Origin: Marsupella aquatica
Taxonomy: Eukaryota; Plantae; Marchantiophyta
Direction of reading: 5' to 3'
Length of the DNA: 64,000 nt
NCBI GenBank assembly: GCA_973895155.1
Contig: OZ316894.1
Location: 5,108,944-5,172,943, forward strand
Below, piece by piece: positions 33,301 to 46,023 of this stretch. Under the pieces are notes generated by a model that saw only the letters and a list, made by a program, of their open reading frames with translations, ran no database searches and was not told the origin of the DNA. The translations under genes were made by a program, and so were the position numbers. Within the stretch, counting starts at the first letter, position 1. Every line of letters starts with the position of its first letter.

Positions 33301-34066
33301 TTTAAGAGATAGGATAGCCTCACGTTTTAAGAGATAACACTTTTTGTCGGACTCTGTGTTTCTGTAATTTTTCAACTCTACAATGCATGTTAACTTAAAT
33401 CTAAAAGTTTCAAATCCTCATTTCCATCAATTTTGGGAAAGAGGGATTTAACCAGGTCCCTCAGGCGTCTTGTGGACTACATGGGCACCATAGATGGATT
33501 TTAGACTTTACCAGCCCGGACTACATGGGCACCATAGATGGATTTTAGACTTTACCAGCCCGTCTGACGGTGGATTGTCCAAAGTATTGAGATGTGGTTA
33601 CACCTCACACTTGAATGCAGTCAACACCAGGTCCTTCTCCGCTAAGCAGGGTGCGACCACTTGACTCAGAGCATAACTCCATCTGAAGAATATATATTAA
33701 GCTTTGGTAAGACTTGATATTTTACTTGATTACAGAATGAACCCTGTTGGAGCTGAAAATTGCTTGGTGTGATCTATGAAGTTCAAGCTACTTAACAAAA
33801 AACGTTTTGTACATCTCCAACACTCAATCCTATATACTCAAAATCTTGCCTAATCTGGCTTCCTAGTGCATAATTATGTAGGACTCCACATAGGCATCCA
33901 CTTTGCTAACCAGAAAACAAGTAACAAAAATTAGGTTTTCTGGGCAATATGACATACATTGGGCTAGTGAGAGACTACGTGTGCTAGCGAAGTGGTGTCT
34001 ATTTGGGTTTTTCCCTCGTATGACAAAAACGTTTGCCAATGCCACCAAAAATTCCTCGCATGGTAC

Positions 34067-36292
34067 TTATACCCGGCTGTCCTCAACAGGTGGTTTCCTT
34101 TCATAACATCTCCTTCTGTATTTGTCAATGGACACAGACGTCCAGCCCAAACTTTCCATTTTCGAGTCGTCAAGTAAGGGACACGCTTTTACGAAAACTC
34201 GCATGCCCTCCGTTTTCGTTGTCTGGGACGACTGCTCTGCTTGCAACCTGAGCTCGTCACTTTGCTCCCCTTGTGGCAATGCCACTTGAACCGAGTTCGA
34301 CCTTCCCAAGCTTTCTGGCAGAGTCTTCAGTTTCCAGCAAACCTCAAGCGTGACTTCTTTCAGAGAAGAGAGTTGCCCCAAACTCTCCGGAAGGCTCACC
34401 AACGTACGACAACGGCGGATGGTGAGCCTTTGTAGAGACGAGAGAGTTCGAAGCTCATCCGGCAATGTCTCCAAACACCACAACAAGTGCAGACTCAGGG
34501 CCGTTAATGACGAAAGGCTCCCCAAACCTGCCGGGAGGATCCGTGTCTCCCGCCCTTTGAGAGTTAGGTCATGTTCAAAGCACCGAAAGTGTTCAAAAAG
34601 GTCGGGTGCCTCCTCATGCCCATCACAATCAAATTCAACCTCTTGCAATGATGGAATTTGTCCGATGCCATCGAGTAGGCTTCTCGCGTTCTTTCCCGCC
34701 GCAAGAGTCACTTTCTTCAGAGACTGAAACTGCCGTACGCTCTCCGGCAGGCTTTCCAAGCTTCTTGACCCGATAGATAATTCTACCAGGGAAGAGAGGG
34801 TTCCAAAATTGTCGGGCAGCCTCTCCAATTTAGAGGACCCCAATATCAACGTTCGAAGAGACTTCAGACGGGAAAAGCTGTCTGGTAGGGTCTGCAACAA
34901 ATTAGCATTATAAATGTACAAGACCTGCAGCTGAAGGAGCTGGCCAAAATCCGCTGGCAACCTCTTCAATCTCTTAGCGTTTTCGAGACTCAAGTCTCTC
35001 AAATTATGGAGCCCCCCCAAGCTCTCTGGCAGGCAGTCCAAGGTTGATGAATCAATTGACAAAAATTCTAGTGAGGTGAGCTTTCCTAAAGTGTCCGGCA
35101 ACTCCTTCAACTGCGGGCATTGTAATTTGAAAGTTTCCAATAATGAAAGCTCCTCCATAATTTCAGGGAGAAGCTTAGCGACCGAAGACTTGAAAGTCAA
35201 ATGACGCAGTGCATACAACTTACCCACACTCAGAGGGAGAGTCTCCACCCTATCGACATTAAGCTCCAATTCCTCCAGTAGAGCAAGCTCTCCTAGGCTT
35301 TCGGGCAATATCTCCAATTTTGGACAAACTATCTTTAACTGGCGGAGAGATTTCAGACAGCAGAAACTTTCAGGTAAAGTCTCTAGGTGCGTAGATGAAA
35401 TGTACAATTCCTTCAGTGCCGTCCATCCAGCGAAATCGTCGGGCAAGCTCCTTAGTTGTCCAGCCGTGCTAATGTGAAGTAATTCGAGTCCCGACAGAAG
35501 GCTGAAGCTGGGAGGGAGCCTTTCCAGAGCCAGGCCTGTCAAATACAGTACTCGTAGAGAGGCTAAGTTGCCAAAAGCATCCCCCAACTCTTCGAAGCCA
35601 TCGCAATGCTCTATCCTTAATTGCTCGAGTCCCGAAAGCCGGGAGAAAGACTGCGGTAGACACTTGATCAACGGGCAGCTCGTGATGCGCACTTCTTCCA
35701 ATGACGTGAGTGAACTGCCAAAGGAGTCAGGGAGTCCTGCAAGCTCTTCACAGTCTTCAATTTCTAACGTTGCAAGGCGGGATAGATTCCCTAAGGATTC
35801 AGGTAACGCCAAAGATTTTATCCTGTCAAGTACAAGATGTTCGAGGGCTCGGAGGTTGCCTAGTGATTTCGGCAAAGTGAAAGACCTTAGACTCCTCAAC
35901 TCCAAGCGTCTCAACCGAGGTAGATTCCCAAAATTCTCAGGCAGATGGACCAAACCTGCTAGGTTAGATAGACACAAAATGCGCAGATTGGTCAGGTTCC
36001 CCAATGCTTCCAGAAACTCCTCTGGGACCCGAAAATGTGCTACATCCAGCACAGCCAAATTCTCCATTTTCTTGAGGCTCAGCTCGAACTTTGACAATTT
36101 CAATAGGTCACCTCCGACAACCTCTAGAAGCGATATCTTCCTCGTGAGACCATTTCCCGAACCGTCTGTGGAGACACCAGAAAGATCTATGTATTTTAAT
36201 CCCTTCAGTTTAGCCAGCGAATCCAACTGAAGGGTCCTTTGGCGCTGGCCGGAATCATACCGGAGCCTCAAACATTTTGTCCTTACCTCCAC
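34067..36292 (-). CDS. HNL copy 2 exon 5: LRR domain
   Basis: 743-aa uninterrupted LRR ORF. Confidence 0.93.
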   Translation of the reverse strand: MEVRTKCLRLRYDSGQRQRTLQLDSLAKLKGLKYIDLSGVSTDGSGNGLTRKISLLEVVGGDLLKLSKFELSLKKMENLAVLDVAHFRVPEEFLEALGNLTNLRILCLSNLAGLVHLPENFGNLPRLRRLELRSLRSFTLPKSLGNLRALEHLVLDRIKSLALPESLGNLSRLATLEIEDCEELAGLPDSFGSSLTSLEEVRITSCPLIKCLPQSFSRLSGLEQLRIEHCDGFEELGDAFGNLASLRVLYLTGLALERLPPSFSLLSGLELLHISTAGQLRSLPDDFAGWTALKELYISSTHLETLPESFCCLKSLRQLKIVCPKLEILPESLGELALLEELELNVDRVETLPLSVGKLYALRHLTFKSSVAKLLPEIMEELSLLETFKLQCPQLKELPDTLGKLTSLEFLSIDSSTLDCLPESLGGLHNLRDLSLENAKRLKRLPADFGQLLQLQVLYIYNANLLQTLPDSFSRLKSLRTLILGSSKLERLPDNFGTLSSLVELSIGSRSLESLPESVRQFQSLKKVTLAAGKNARSLLDGIGQIPSLQEVEFDCDGHEEAPDLFEHFRCFEHDLTLKGRETRILPAGLGSLSSLTALSLHLLWCLETLPDELRTLSSLQRLTIRRCRTLVSLPESLGQLSSLKEVTLEVCWKLKTLPESLGRSNSVQVALPQGEQSDELRLQAEQSSQTTKTEGMRVFVKACPLLDDSKMESLGWTSVSIDKYRRRCYERKPPVEDSRV

Positions 36293-39200
36293 CTGCACAT
36301 TTAAAGGTAATTATTAAATCATTGTTTCCTAGCTACAAGTAGTGGTGGACTAAGAAGGCAGATATAAGAAAAGTAGGTATGGTTGAATTTTCTCCTTCTA
36401 GCCTACCTTGCATGATTTTAATAGGTACATCAGTTAACTGTACTGGAAAGAACCGTTACCTCCTTATCATTCAACCGATCCACTGCTGAGTCTGACGATG
36501 CATCATCAGTAGCCAAAACCATGATGTCATTGGAAATATTCTGAGCCAAGTCTCGAAGCTGCTCGTGGACCCATACTCGGTTCTTGATTTCTTTCACTAA
36601 TGACCTGCTCACCAAGTTGTCCCACGTTGTTTGCATAGTTTGTGTTAGACTGCTCCATGCGGCAAGGGCCCGGTCCAATGGCTCTTCGAAGAAACATGAC
36701 GCAGCCTCTGTGAACATCTCCTGTTCCTCTGGTAACAGCGCATCGTAACTTATCCGCAAGGAAGCCCACAGTCTGTCCCTCTTCTCCCCAGTTATGGCTT
36801 GTGCTTCTCTCAACCTCTGTAGAGCTTCTATCCACACTTCAACATTTCTGCCTCTGAGGTAAGTGCCGATAACTTCCAACGTCAACGGCAACCCACCACA
36901 CTTTTTTACCACTGCATTGACTTTGTCAATCAAAAAGTCTGGAACATCCTTCAATTCAAATGCATGATGGCAGAATAGAGTCTTTGCATCATCGTCTTTC
37001 AAAAACCCTAGCTCATGTACAATGCAACCTTTATAATATTTGAAAACTTCTTTGTCACGGCTTGTCATGATAACACAACTGCCCGCTCCAAAGTGCTCCA
37101 ATTTTGGTAGAGCTTTGAGCTGATCCTGCGCATCTATGTCATCCATGGCAATTAAAGCTTTCTTGCTGCGCAAATGCTGCCACTCCATTGAACCCTTGCC
37201 TGGTTTCTTCCCATTGTGATGAAAGTGATTGAGAACCCGATCCTCCAATTTGTGTGATGGCAAGCCTTTTACATTATCCACAAAGCACGTGTATTCAAAG
37301 TCTTTGGAAAGAATGTTAAATACATGCCTTGCAAGAGTGGTCTTGCCAATCCCACCCATGCCAAAAATTCCAAGAGCGGCTCCACCAACAAGCTTCTCCT
37401 GCACATCCAAGGCGCGTCTCTCCAAATCAAGAGGGAAGTTTGGAAGCCCATGAACTTCATGAATAGGCACTTCCACCTGAAGAGATCAAATAATTTGGAT
37501 CAGAACAATGGGAATTATAGATAGCAACTATAGTGTTCATATGACAACCATCATTCATGGTTGAAGCCAACAATATACGTAGTTGTAAATCATTTTGAAG
37601 GTGGAAGAATGGTGAACTATGAAGGTATTTGGTTTTCACAGGATGTGAACGTTTAAGGAATCACTGTTACCACAAGCCACCTAGATTGAGCCTATCCAAC
37701 TTTGCATATATAGGAAAAGTTTTGTCAAAAAAGCAACAGAGTTTTGGTCTATAGCGCTGGGGGACTCTATCAGTCCCACTCAAAGGTGGACCTGTGATGT
37801 ATCCTGAAATTAAGAAACTGTCCGGTCAATTCCAAGGAAGAAACTGTCCGGTCAACATCTGTGGTCTTGCCCAGCCAAATATTGACCCAGTGGGATTGCA
37901 ACAACTGGAAGTGCATTATCTCAATAACACTCAAGTTACCACAGAACCTCTATATAGAATTCAGAACAATCCGTAGCCATTGTCAGGCAGTGGTGTACGT
38001 CAAACGTCTATATCTTTAGGAGGCTTGCTCTTTCTATCGAGTTCTATTGCTTTTACTCATAGCCAAGTGTTGCAATAGCGCATCCATGTTGGTTACGTAC
38101 ATTAAGCGAAAATGGAAATCTTTCGTTAATGTTAGTTAGTTAGTTAGCCGTTAGTTGGCTGCATAATCCTACCTTCATTTCGTCAACAACGTGCATGAGG
38201 AAGTCCTTGAGCTTGTGGAAGCTCCTTGAGGACTTGCTCCTTGCTCGACAAATGGAAAAATGGTCTGCTCCGTCTACAATGTTAAAATTGTACTTCCTCA
38301 CAGATGCCTCAGGGCCCACCATCACTTCCCCATCCTGCCCATCAATGACCAAAGGTTGAACTTCATTAGATCACAACTATGTGCTTGTCTCCATTCTAGG
38401 TTTTGAGAGCAGACTTCTCAACACCTCATAGTCGGCAATCCACAGGAACAAGTGCTTCTAAATTACTCAAAACATCAAATGTTAATACTGCAATTAGTAA
38501 AATGCAGCTGCATACCATATGCTATAGAAGGTTGAATGCTCCGACAGCATTAATTGTTACTTCATGCAGAACACTACGAAGGGCTATTCAATTACAACAG
38601 TAAGCAATGCGAAATTTTGACTAAATGATTAGGTAGCAATCGCACTTGTACCAAATTGGTAGGGCGACCTTCACCAAGTCCTGCAAACTGCCACTTCTCA
38701 TACACTTTCCGTATGGCATCAAATTGACTATTCAGCCGTTCCGTGTCTGTACTCAACGTTCTGAAGAACCTTAACAAAGCACCTCCAATTTTATCTGCCA
38801 GACGGTCTGCAGCAGGGCTTCCGTGATGAGGGGTAGCATAATCAAATACCCCTCTCATGCTGTTAACAAACTTCTCCAACTTCGCCCTCTGATAATCTCG
38901 GCTCACTTTGAGTCTCTCATGCGCTTGGCAACATAATTCTTTGATCACCAATCCTCCAATGGAGTGGCCTACCAATACAATTGGACAATTCGACACTTGC
39001 CCAATGTTTGCCATCAGAAGATCTGAGATCAGGTTTTCCCCTAAAATGAACATATCAATGTTATCGTTTGAGCTATTTCTTAGCATTCCACTGTAAGACA
39101 CTGAGAATATCTGAGCTTCGGGAATCTCCTCAACCAACCACTGCTGCGGCCAGATGCAGGAGTCATCCTCAGATTTCCATGTAGACAGATGTGGGTCCCT

Positions 39201-39609
39201 GATGTTTGGCCCCAACTGGAGGCCATGGAAAAACACAACCTGTATGCTCGGTCTGCCTGCAGGCTTGTACAACTGGTACACGGAGTCATTCACCTGAAAA
39301 AACCAATCAGAATGAGAAAAAAGGGACTGCGAATGTCACCAGTCGTGCTCCGCATGGATGACAGAGGCTCGACACGGCTTAAAGGCAACGTCTTAAACAG
39401 CTATAATGGGATTGGTGAGGTATGACTATAGTTATGCTCAAGTGCTTTCCAAATCGACTCAACTACAAAAACAAACCTAAAGCGATTTGGACAAATAGAC
39501 TCTACGAAAAAGCAAAAATCCTCGAAGCCCCATTTCAGGGATCTGGACTGTGTATTACCTGCAAAATTTGAGAAGACCCTTGCGGTCTGGATGAGGAGGC
39601 ACCCAACAT
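34067..39609 (-). CDS. Alpha/beta-hydrolase-NB-ARC-LRR (HNL) NLR receptor, copy 2, about 1365 aa, apparently intact
   Basis: Exons 39609-39559, 39293-38652, 38334-38173, 37476-36460 and 36292-34067. Exons 1-4 have the same lengths as in copy 1 (51, 642, 162, 1017 nt). GHSIGG, DHFSIC, GMGGIGKTT, DDID, GLPL, VHEQLRD, LRRs. Confidence 0.88.
36460..37476 (-). CDS. HNL copy 2 exon 4: NB-ARC domain
   Basis: GMGGIGKTTLA, DDID, TSRD, GLPL, VHEQLRD. Confidence 0.93.
38173..39293 (-). CDS. HNL copy 2 exons 2-3: alpha/beta-hydrolase domain
   Basis: FFHGL, GHSIGG and ATPHHGS (39293-38652); DHFSICR (38334-38173). Confidence 0.88.
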
Positions 39610-42600
39610 TGGGTGGCAAGGACTTTAAGAGCTTTGGGGACAATCAATGGGGCGTAGCCACAAGGGACCCACAAATAAGTTTATGGAAGGCTACTGAGAA
39701 TCATCGTCTTGATCTTCAGCGTCTTCTCATATCATTTAGGAGACTCATCCACTCACTTAAAAGTAAAGCAAGTGGTGTACTCAGTTCAGGGCTCGGTACT
39801 CAATTGGAAGACGACTATTTGAGGAATTCAGGACCTGTCCGGTAGAAGTTTGTGACCCAAGACTAGAAACAAATTTGACATTTTCATGTCATTCTGAACT
39901 GGAGCAGAGTATGAATTACATATGCCAAAGTCTAATTTCAGGAAAACCGTTCTAAGAAGAATGCCGCACGTTTTAATCCGCAATGGTGACGTAGTTGGTC
40001 GGTATTGTCCATAGTTTATACGACCACCGACTTAGACTCTCCTCGATCCATATACATCAGGAGCTCCAGAGGTCTAGAGTGGAACCGAACTGAATACAAA
40101 CTGAAACAGTTTGCTTTGCATAGAACGTGGAAATGGTGACAATTTAGTCTAACTAAGATAAAACTACGCATTGGTCACGCTGGCAAAACGAGAAAACTAG
40201 GCCGATCCTGCGTCTCTTCTTTCCCCTGGACTGCTGTGACTTCTGCAATTGGACATTCGAGACAATTTCCAACACATTGTTAGTGATCTCTGTCTCACAG
40301 CATGTGTGGAATGAAGACGATATGATGGTTCGCACTTGCGGGAGGACGACAGGGAATGCACGATGCAGTCGAGGTGGCAAAGAGACATTACTTAAAAACA
40401 GAAGCGGCGAACGACAATAGAATTTGATCACATCTGCTAAGGGGAATCAGCCATGGAGTGCTTTGAGGTGAATGACAATGAATTGATATCATTCGGTAAG
40501 GGGAATCAGCCATGGAATGAATTGAGGTGGGAAATGGACCAAGCCATCTGTTCTTGAGCAGTGTCTGCCTCTGTCCATCGAGCCTTTCTGAGCTCCAGAG
40601 ATTCGGAGGTGAGGGTGAAGTTTTGAGACCAGGGAACGATTTATTGAGAAGGTTGATCAGTTCATTAGAAGATCGAATCTCTTTTGAAGAAGTCACTGTT
40701 AGGTCAGTTGCCTTCGGTACTCGAGGATCAGCCAGGCTCTCAACGTACAGGTGAATAGCGTGATTAACTAAATCTTCTGGGGACGCAGATAGATGAGCTT
40801 GCAAACTATAGCTCTTCACGAATTGGGTTTCTAGCAGTCGAGGACATCGCTATTGAACAGGCCCAAATGAAGTGGGGAACAACATCACGCAATGAAACCC
40901 AAAACACACAGTTTTAGTGGGTAACCAAGATCTAGAAGTATCGTGCAATACCTGATGAGCGCGTTTTCTGGTTCCTCAAGCTCACGTAAAAAACTCGACC
41001 GTCCCACAGCACAGTGAAGTTGACCTTGTCCAGGCCGTTCACGTCCCTTCAATATCATCAGTCGTCCGCACTGTAGAACATTTGGAAATCAGAAGAAATC
41101 TCGAAAAGATAGAAGCAACTGACAATAATTTGATGCCACGGTCACCTGGTGCACAGGTTCTAATCCAAGAGCCTAGCGAAAGCCGGCAGAACAAATGTGG
41201 ACGGCTTTGTGACGTTTGTACGAGAACAATTCCTTGGGATTGTGTGACTTTTGGTGCTCGGACCGATTGACCTGGCTTTAAGGTTTACCCTTCCAATGCT
41301 CATCCTACCAAGGCAGCACTTGAAGGAATTGTAAAACTATGATTTTTCCTAGGCGCCCACCTTCCATCGAAGCTATGCCGGCCCTACTGAGGAGTCCACC
41401 GAGGGACCATAGCGACTGTAAACCTGACGGTTTGAGTTTGTCCCCTTTTGCACTAGGTCGCCTGTTTCACTTGAACTAAAGGAAGGTTACCCCTGCAGCG
41501 ATCGGTTTTAGTGGACGAGAGATTATTGTACATGATTGTATGAGTTGAACTTTGTTAAACTGATGGCTAATTTACGAGACCAGACTAACTTGGAAAGTTG
41601 TCCAGTCCGGGAATTTTGCTCTTGCAACTCGGAGCTTGTTGATATCACAAGTTTATCTTGCACTTTCAGGTTATGAGTGCCCTTGACAGCCTTTGCCCAA
41701 AATACAAACCCAACACACCGGGAGGGCTTAATGGATCAATTAAATCAGTTGCATAAGAGGTCCAGTACTCACTTGAAGAAGAGTTCATTATCAAACTATC
41801 GTGAGAATACAGCGGGTGAGTGTAGATAGCATAGAACGTGGACAATCCGGACAATTTATCAGTACTGATGTACCAATCCTATAGTTCTTTGACCAATAGT
41901 CATGGGTATGCAGGAGAGCAAACAGTACCTTAAGAATTAAACAACAAAAAACTACATTATTTTCCAACCTTGAGTTTCTTCATTAATTTGACCTCAAGAC
42001 CTTCAAAAAATCACAAAGAGTTTCTTCTTAAAATGCGGTGGGACTATTGCTATCATAGATTAAATATATCATGACCAAAGCAACTTTTGGGATAGATGAG
42101 TACTGTAGTGCTGGGTGACACACCACAACATCCTTTAATTTTGCATGACATTATTCATTCAATTATGTTTTAGCTTAACACAAATCACCTCCTCTCCGCA
42201 TGGCCTTTTTTTGGCTTTGCATGGGTACCAACAGTGACACATAGGACGTATGCAAATACTGAGAGAACATGCCTTTCCAATTCAGGATACCCTTCTATGT
42301 AATCTTTGAATGTTCTTGTCTAACTACCTTACCATACCAGCATACCCAGCTAGATTACCAAAAGCAAAAGCATAAGAGATACATGCATACAAAAACAAAA
42401 GCATAAATTGTTAGATCCAAAAGATCAGTGCATGCAATTGACAAGAGGCAGCGGTGAATGGTGGGCGAAAGCCACCATGCATGGGCCACGCACTAGCCAT
42501 CAAATCTTCAATTTAACCGGCAACAGTGTGTACTACAAGCCGACAGTAGTTTAAGTTTGTGAGGGTGTTTCTTTCTGGGGTTCCATCGTGAAGTTTGTGT

Positions 42601-44764
42601 GATATTGAGATACCTAAACCTCTTTTGTTGTGTCAAATGAGTTTGAGTTTGGGTTTTCAGGTACCCTTTTATAATGTGTTTTGGCTGTAGCTTCGTCATT
42701 TTAATGTGATTGGGCTAAAAGTTTTGGTGTTGGTGCCAATATGGGGACATTCACTGCAATTGTTTTGGGGAAAAATGAAACTCCCAGAATTTTCTGACTA
42801 GCAACACCAAACCAATCAGATAAATCCAAAAGAGTGGTAACATGCTCGGTAACATGCCTGTATAAGTGCTATACTTAAAACAGACAGGCAGGGCCACATA
42901 GGAGAGGGGGAACTTCCCATACTCCACATCAGAAAACAACATGAGGGTGGGGACAGGAGAAAGATTGGCAGGAAGGAAGGGTGGGGAAATGGTGAGGGGA
43001 GGGTATGGTTGTTTCAACACTCTCAACAACTTACACATTTGACAACACTTCTTTGCTCTATCTCAACATTTTCCATGCGACACACATGCATAGAACTAGT
43101 GACAATAAATTATGTATTATTTGTGCAAACCAGGATGACACTAAATTAAACAAATAGGCTATTGCCAGAGTGGCTACCTCCCTAATTCACGAGATGTACT
43201 TGATGGACCCCTACTATAAGAAGTGTTATTAATGAACCCCATGAATGATCCAAACCCTTGTTGGCCCTTAAATCAATGGACCCAGAAATCACCTAAATTG
43301 TAAAACTAATGCAATACATCAAAGCAACATTACACTCATTCTTCTCCTCTCCTCTCTGGCCATTTTGCTCCACACTTTCAGGAAAAGGGCACTATTTATG
43401 GTGACACCGGTTTTGTCATGGTTGGAAATGGTTGAAAGGAATTTGGGAGAGAAATATACCCAATGGTCACCTAAATTGGAAAATTTTGCTCTATGTACCG
43501 CAAGAGTTTTTGGGGAAGCGGAATGACCATAAATATATTCTAATGGACACCTAAATTGAAAAAATATATGGCTAGTGGCCGTTTCAGAAAAAAAACATCA
43601 ACAAACACTTTTCAATCTAGGTGTTCATGGAGTATGTGTTTTTCAATTTACAGTAGGTGTCCATCAAGAATATTTCTCGTCCAAATGGGCCTGGACTTAG
43701 AGACACGCCTGTACCTGTCCCTGTGCTTTACCAGTACCGTATGTGGGCGCCGCGTCGCAATGCCGTCATTACGGTTTGTTCTCCAAAAGCTATTTGATTC
43801 CTTTCCTCAGTCTTTCCTTTCGTTACTGTTCTTCTCTCACTGTTCTCGTCCAAAGCTTTATCCTATGCAGAAGGTCGCGAAGGTCGGCCCTGCAGAGTCC
43901 AGACAGTCGACTGCCATGTCGGTTCAGGTTCAGGTTCACGTCCTTCCCAAGCTGCCACGGCACTCGAGAATGAGAAGCATGTCTTTGTGATGCAGTTCAA
44001 TTCGCTACGGCTCGGAAATGAGCCGCATCGCCATGGGATGCTCCTCGTTTCTACCTTTCAAGTGTTGAGGTCTCAGCTTGAGTGCGGACTCATCTTTCGG
44101 CTGCTCTTTCTTCCTCTGTTGTTGGCGTGTGTGTTGTCCGTGTGAGGATAGCTTGCTACATGCGAGCGAGATGCTAGGTTCCATTATTTCTGATTCCCTA
44201 TCGGCGCAATATGGGTTTGATTTCCAGCATCTTATAGTTAGCTATGTGTGAGCAAGATGCTAGGGTTTTGGGAAGCTCGGACCTGATCGGCACTGCCGTT
44301 GTCGAGACTTGTGCGTTGTTGCAGTAGGGGATCAACTTTAGAGGCAGGGTTGATATTTGTGGTAGGGATGATGATCTCGATTAGATGTATGAGGCAGCTT
44401 GCTGCCTTTGATTCGAAACATTAACGAGGCATATCTATTCTATGACTGAATTGTCCTTCGCTAGTTTTAGTTTCAGTTTTCTCTTTCACTCCCTGTGTCT
44501 GTGGCTGACCGTTAGAGGACGAACCACCGGCTGGCAAGGCAGTTGCAGAGTCTTGGGGTCCTTTGTTGCTTGGCCTGCAAATGAATTATCCACGCATAAG
44601 AAGACTCGTCCCTATGCGTGGAGTCTTCTTGCCTCTTTCTCACCTGTCTATTGTGCAAAATCTGGAGCATAAATTCTAAGTTAGTTGTGGATGCAGATTT
44701 CCATGGCTATCGCTCTTTCGATTTGTGCTCGTTATTAGTATGCTACCTCCTTCTAGTCTCTGTT

Positions 44765-45258
44765 GTACCTGGTGCACCGGTTCTAATCCAAGAGCCTATC
44801 GAAGCCGGCAGAACAAATGTGGACGGCTTTGTGATGTTTGTATGAGAACAATTTCTTGGGATTGTGTGACCTTTGGTGCTCGGACGGATTGACCTAGCTT
44901 ACAGTTTACCCTTCCAATGCCCACCCTAACAAGTCAGCACTTGAAGGAATTGTAAACTAAGATTTTTCCTAAGGGACCACCTTCCAGCGAAGCTATACCG
45001 GCTCCACTAAGGAGTCCACCGAGGGACCAATGCGACTGTAAACCTGACGTGTTCCCTTTTGCAGTAGGTCGCCTGTTTCACTTGAACGAAGGGAAGGTTG
45101 CCCCTGCAGCGATCGGTTTTAGTGGACGAGAGATTATTTTACATGATGTTATGAGTTGGAATTTTGTTAAATGATGGCTAATTTAAGAGACCAAGCTAAC
45201 TTGGAAAGCTGGACAGTCCGGGAATTTTGCTCTTGCAACTTGGAGCTTGTTGATATCA
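44765..45258. repeat. Extra copy of the ~500-bp HNL upstream block (others at about 16757-17265, 41140-41648, 57180-57685)
   Basis: Shared CCTGGTGCAC..GTTCTAATCCAAGAGCCTA..GGAGTCCACCG..CAGCGATCGGTTTTAGTGGACGAGAGAT..TTGTTGATA. Confidence 0.85.
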
Positions 45259-45334
45259 AGAATCATCTGCAACCTTGTTTTGTAGACGATTAGCACTAGG
45301 TTGCAATATGTTGCGATGTGTTCAGATTCGGCCA

Positions 45335-45551
45335 GTCGATTTGTAGAAAAAAAATAGATTTCAAATCTTGTGCAATTTGGCGGACAGCGATTTCGCACGT
45401 AGAATCAAGGCAGATGAAGTAAATCGATGTAATATTTGGGTAGTCGATTTGTAGAAAAAAATAGATTTCAAATCTTGTGCAATTTGGCGGACAGCAAATT
45501 TGCACGTAGAATCAAGGCAGATGAAGGAAATCGATGTAATATTTGGGTAGA
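45335..45551. repeat. Tandem duplication of about 108 bp
   Basis: GTCGATTTGTAGAAAAAAATAGATTTC...ATATTTGGGTAG occurs twice; there is a single copy near 57750. Confidence 0.85.
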
Positions 45552-46023
45552 GCTGATAAACACACCTCGCAAATTCAAAATTTCAGTCACCCAAAAATTT
45601 TGCTGCTTACCATCACGAGAATTGAGCCAGAGATAAATGTGGAATTCTGTAGATCAATTGAACCACTCCTGCCCCATGAGCGGGTACTCGCATTTGAAAA
45701 GTTAAACATTGGAGAGTGACCAAAATTGTCACAACCTGACCTCTTGCCCAGGCATTACCCAAGCACCTAATGCTAATGCCAGTTGCTTTGGATCCAGAGT
45801 GCGCTGGTGAAGGGAGAGGGGATGGGAGACTGCACCATCCACTCGGGCATTCACTCGTTGCGGAGATTGTACTTTATTCTATTTCAGCATCCTTTGCGTT
45901 AGCTCGTCTGTCGCTGCATGAAATTGCGAACATGCAATTCAGGACCTAGGAGTTTGGAAAAGGAGAGACAACTCAAAATGATCTTCACTATATATCAGCT
46001 ATGTATTGGTACTCTGATTGCGG

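Noticed and set aside
33474-33562. Small tandem duplications (45 bp here; about 51 bp at 28396-28491)
   Set aside because: Ordinary local duplications, single-copy in the paralogous units.
43690-44280. Possible plus-strand gene start with a telo-box (TAGGGTTT at 44261)
   Set aside because: No sustained ORF or domain, and a single motif is not sufficient evidence.
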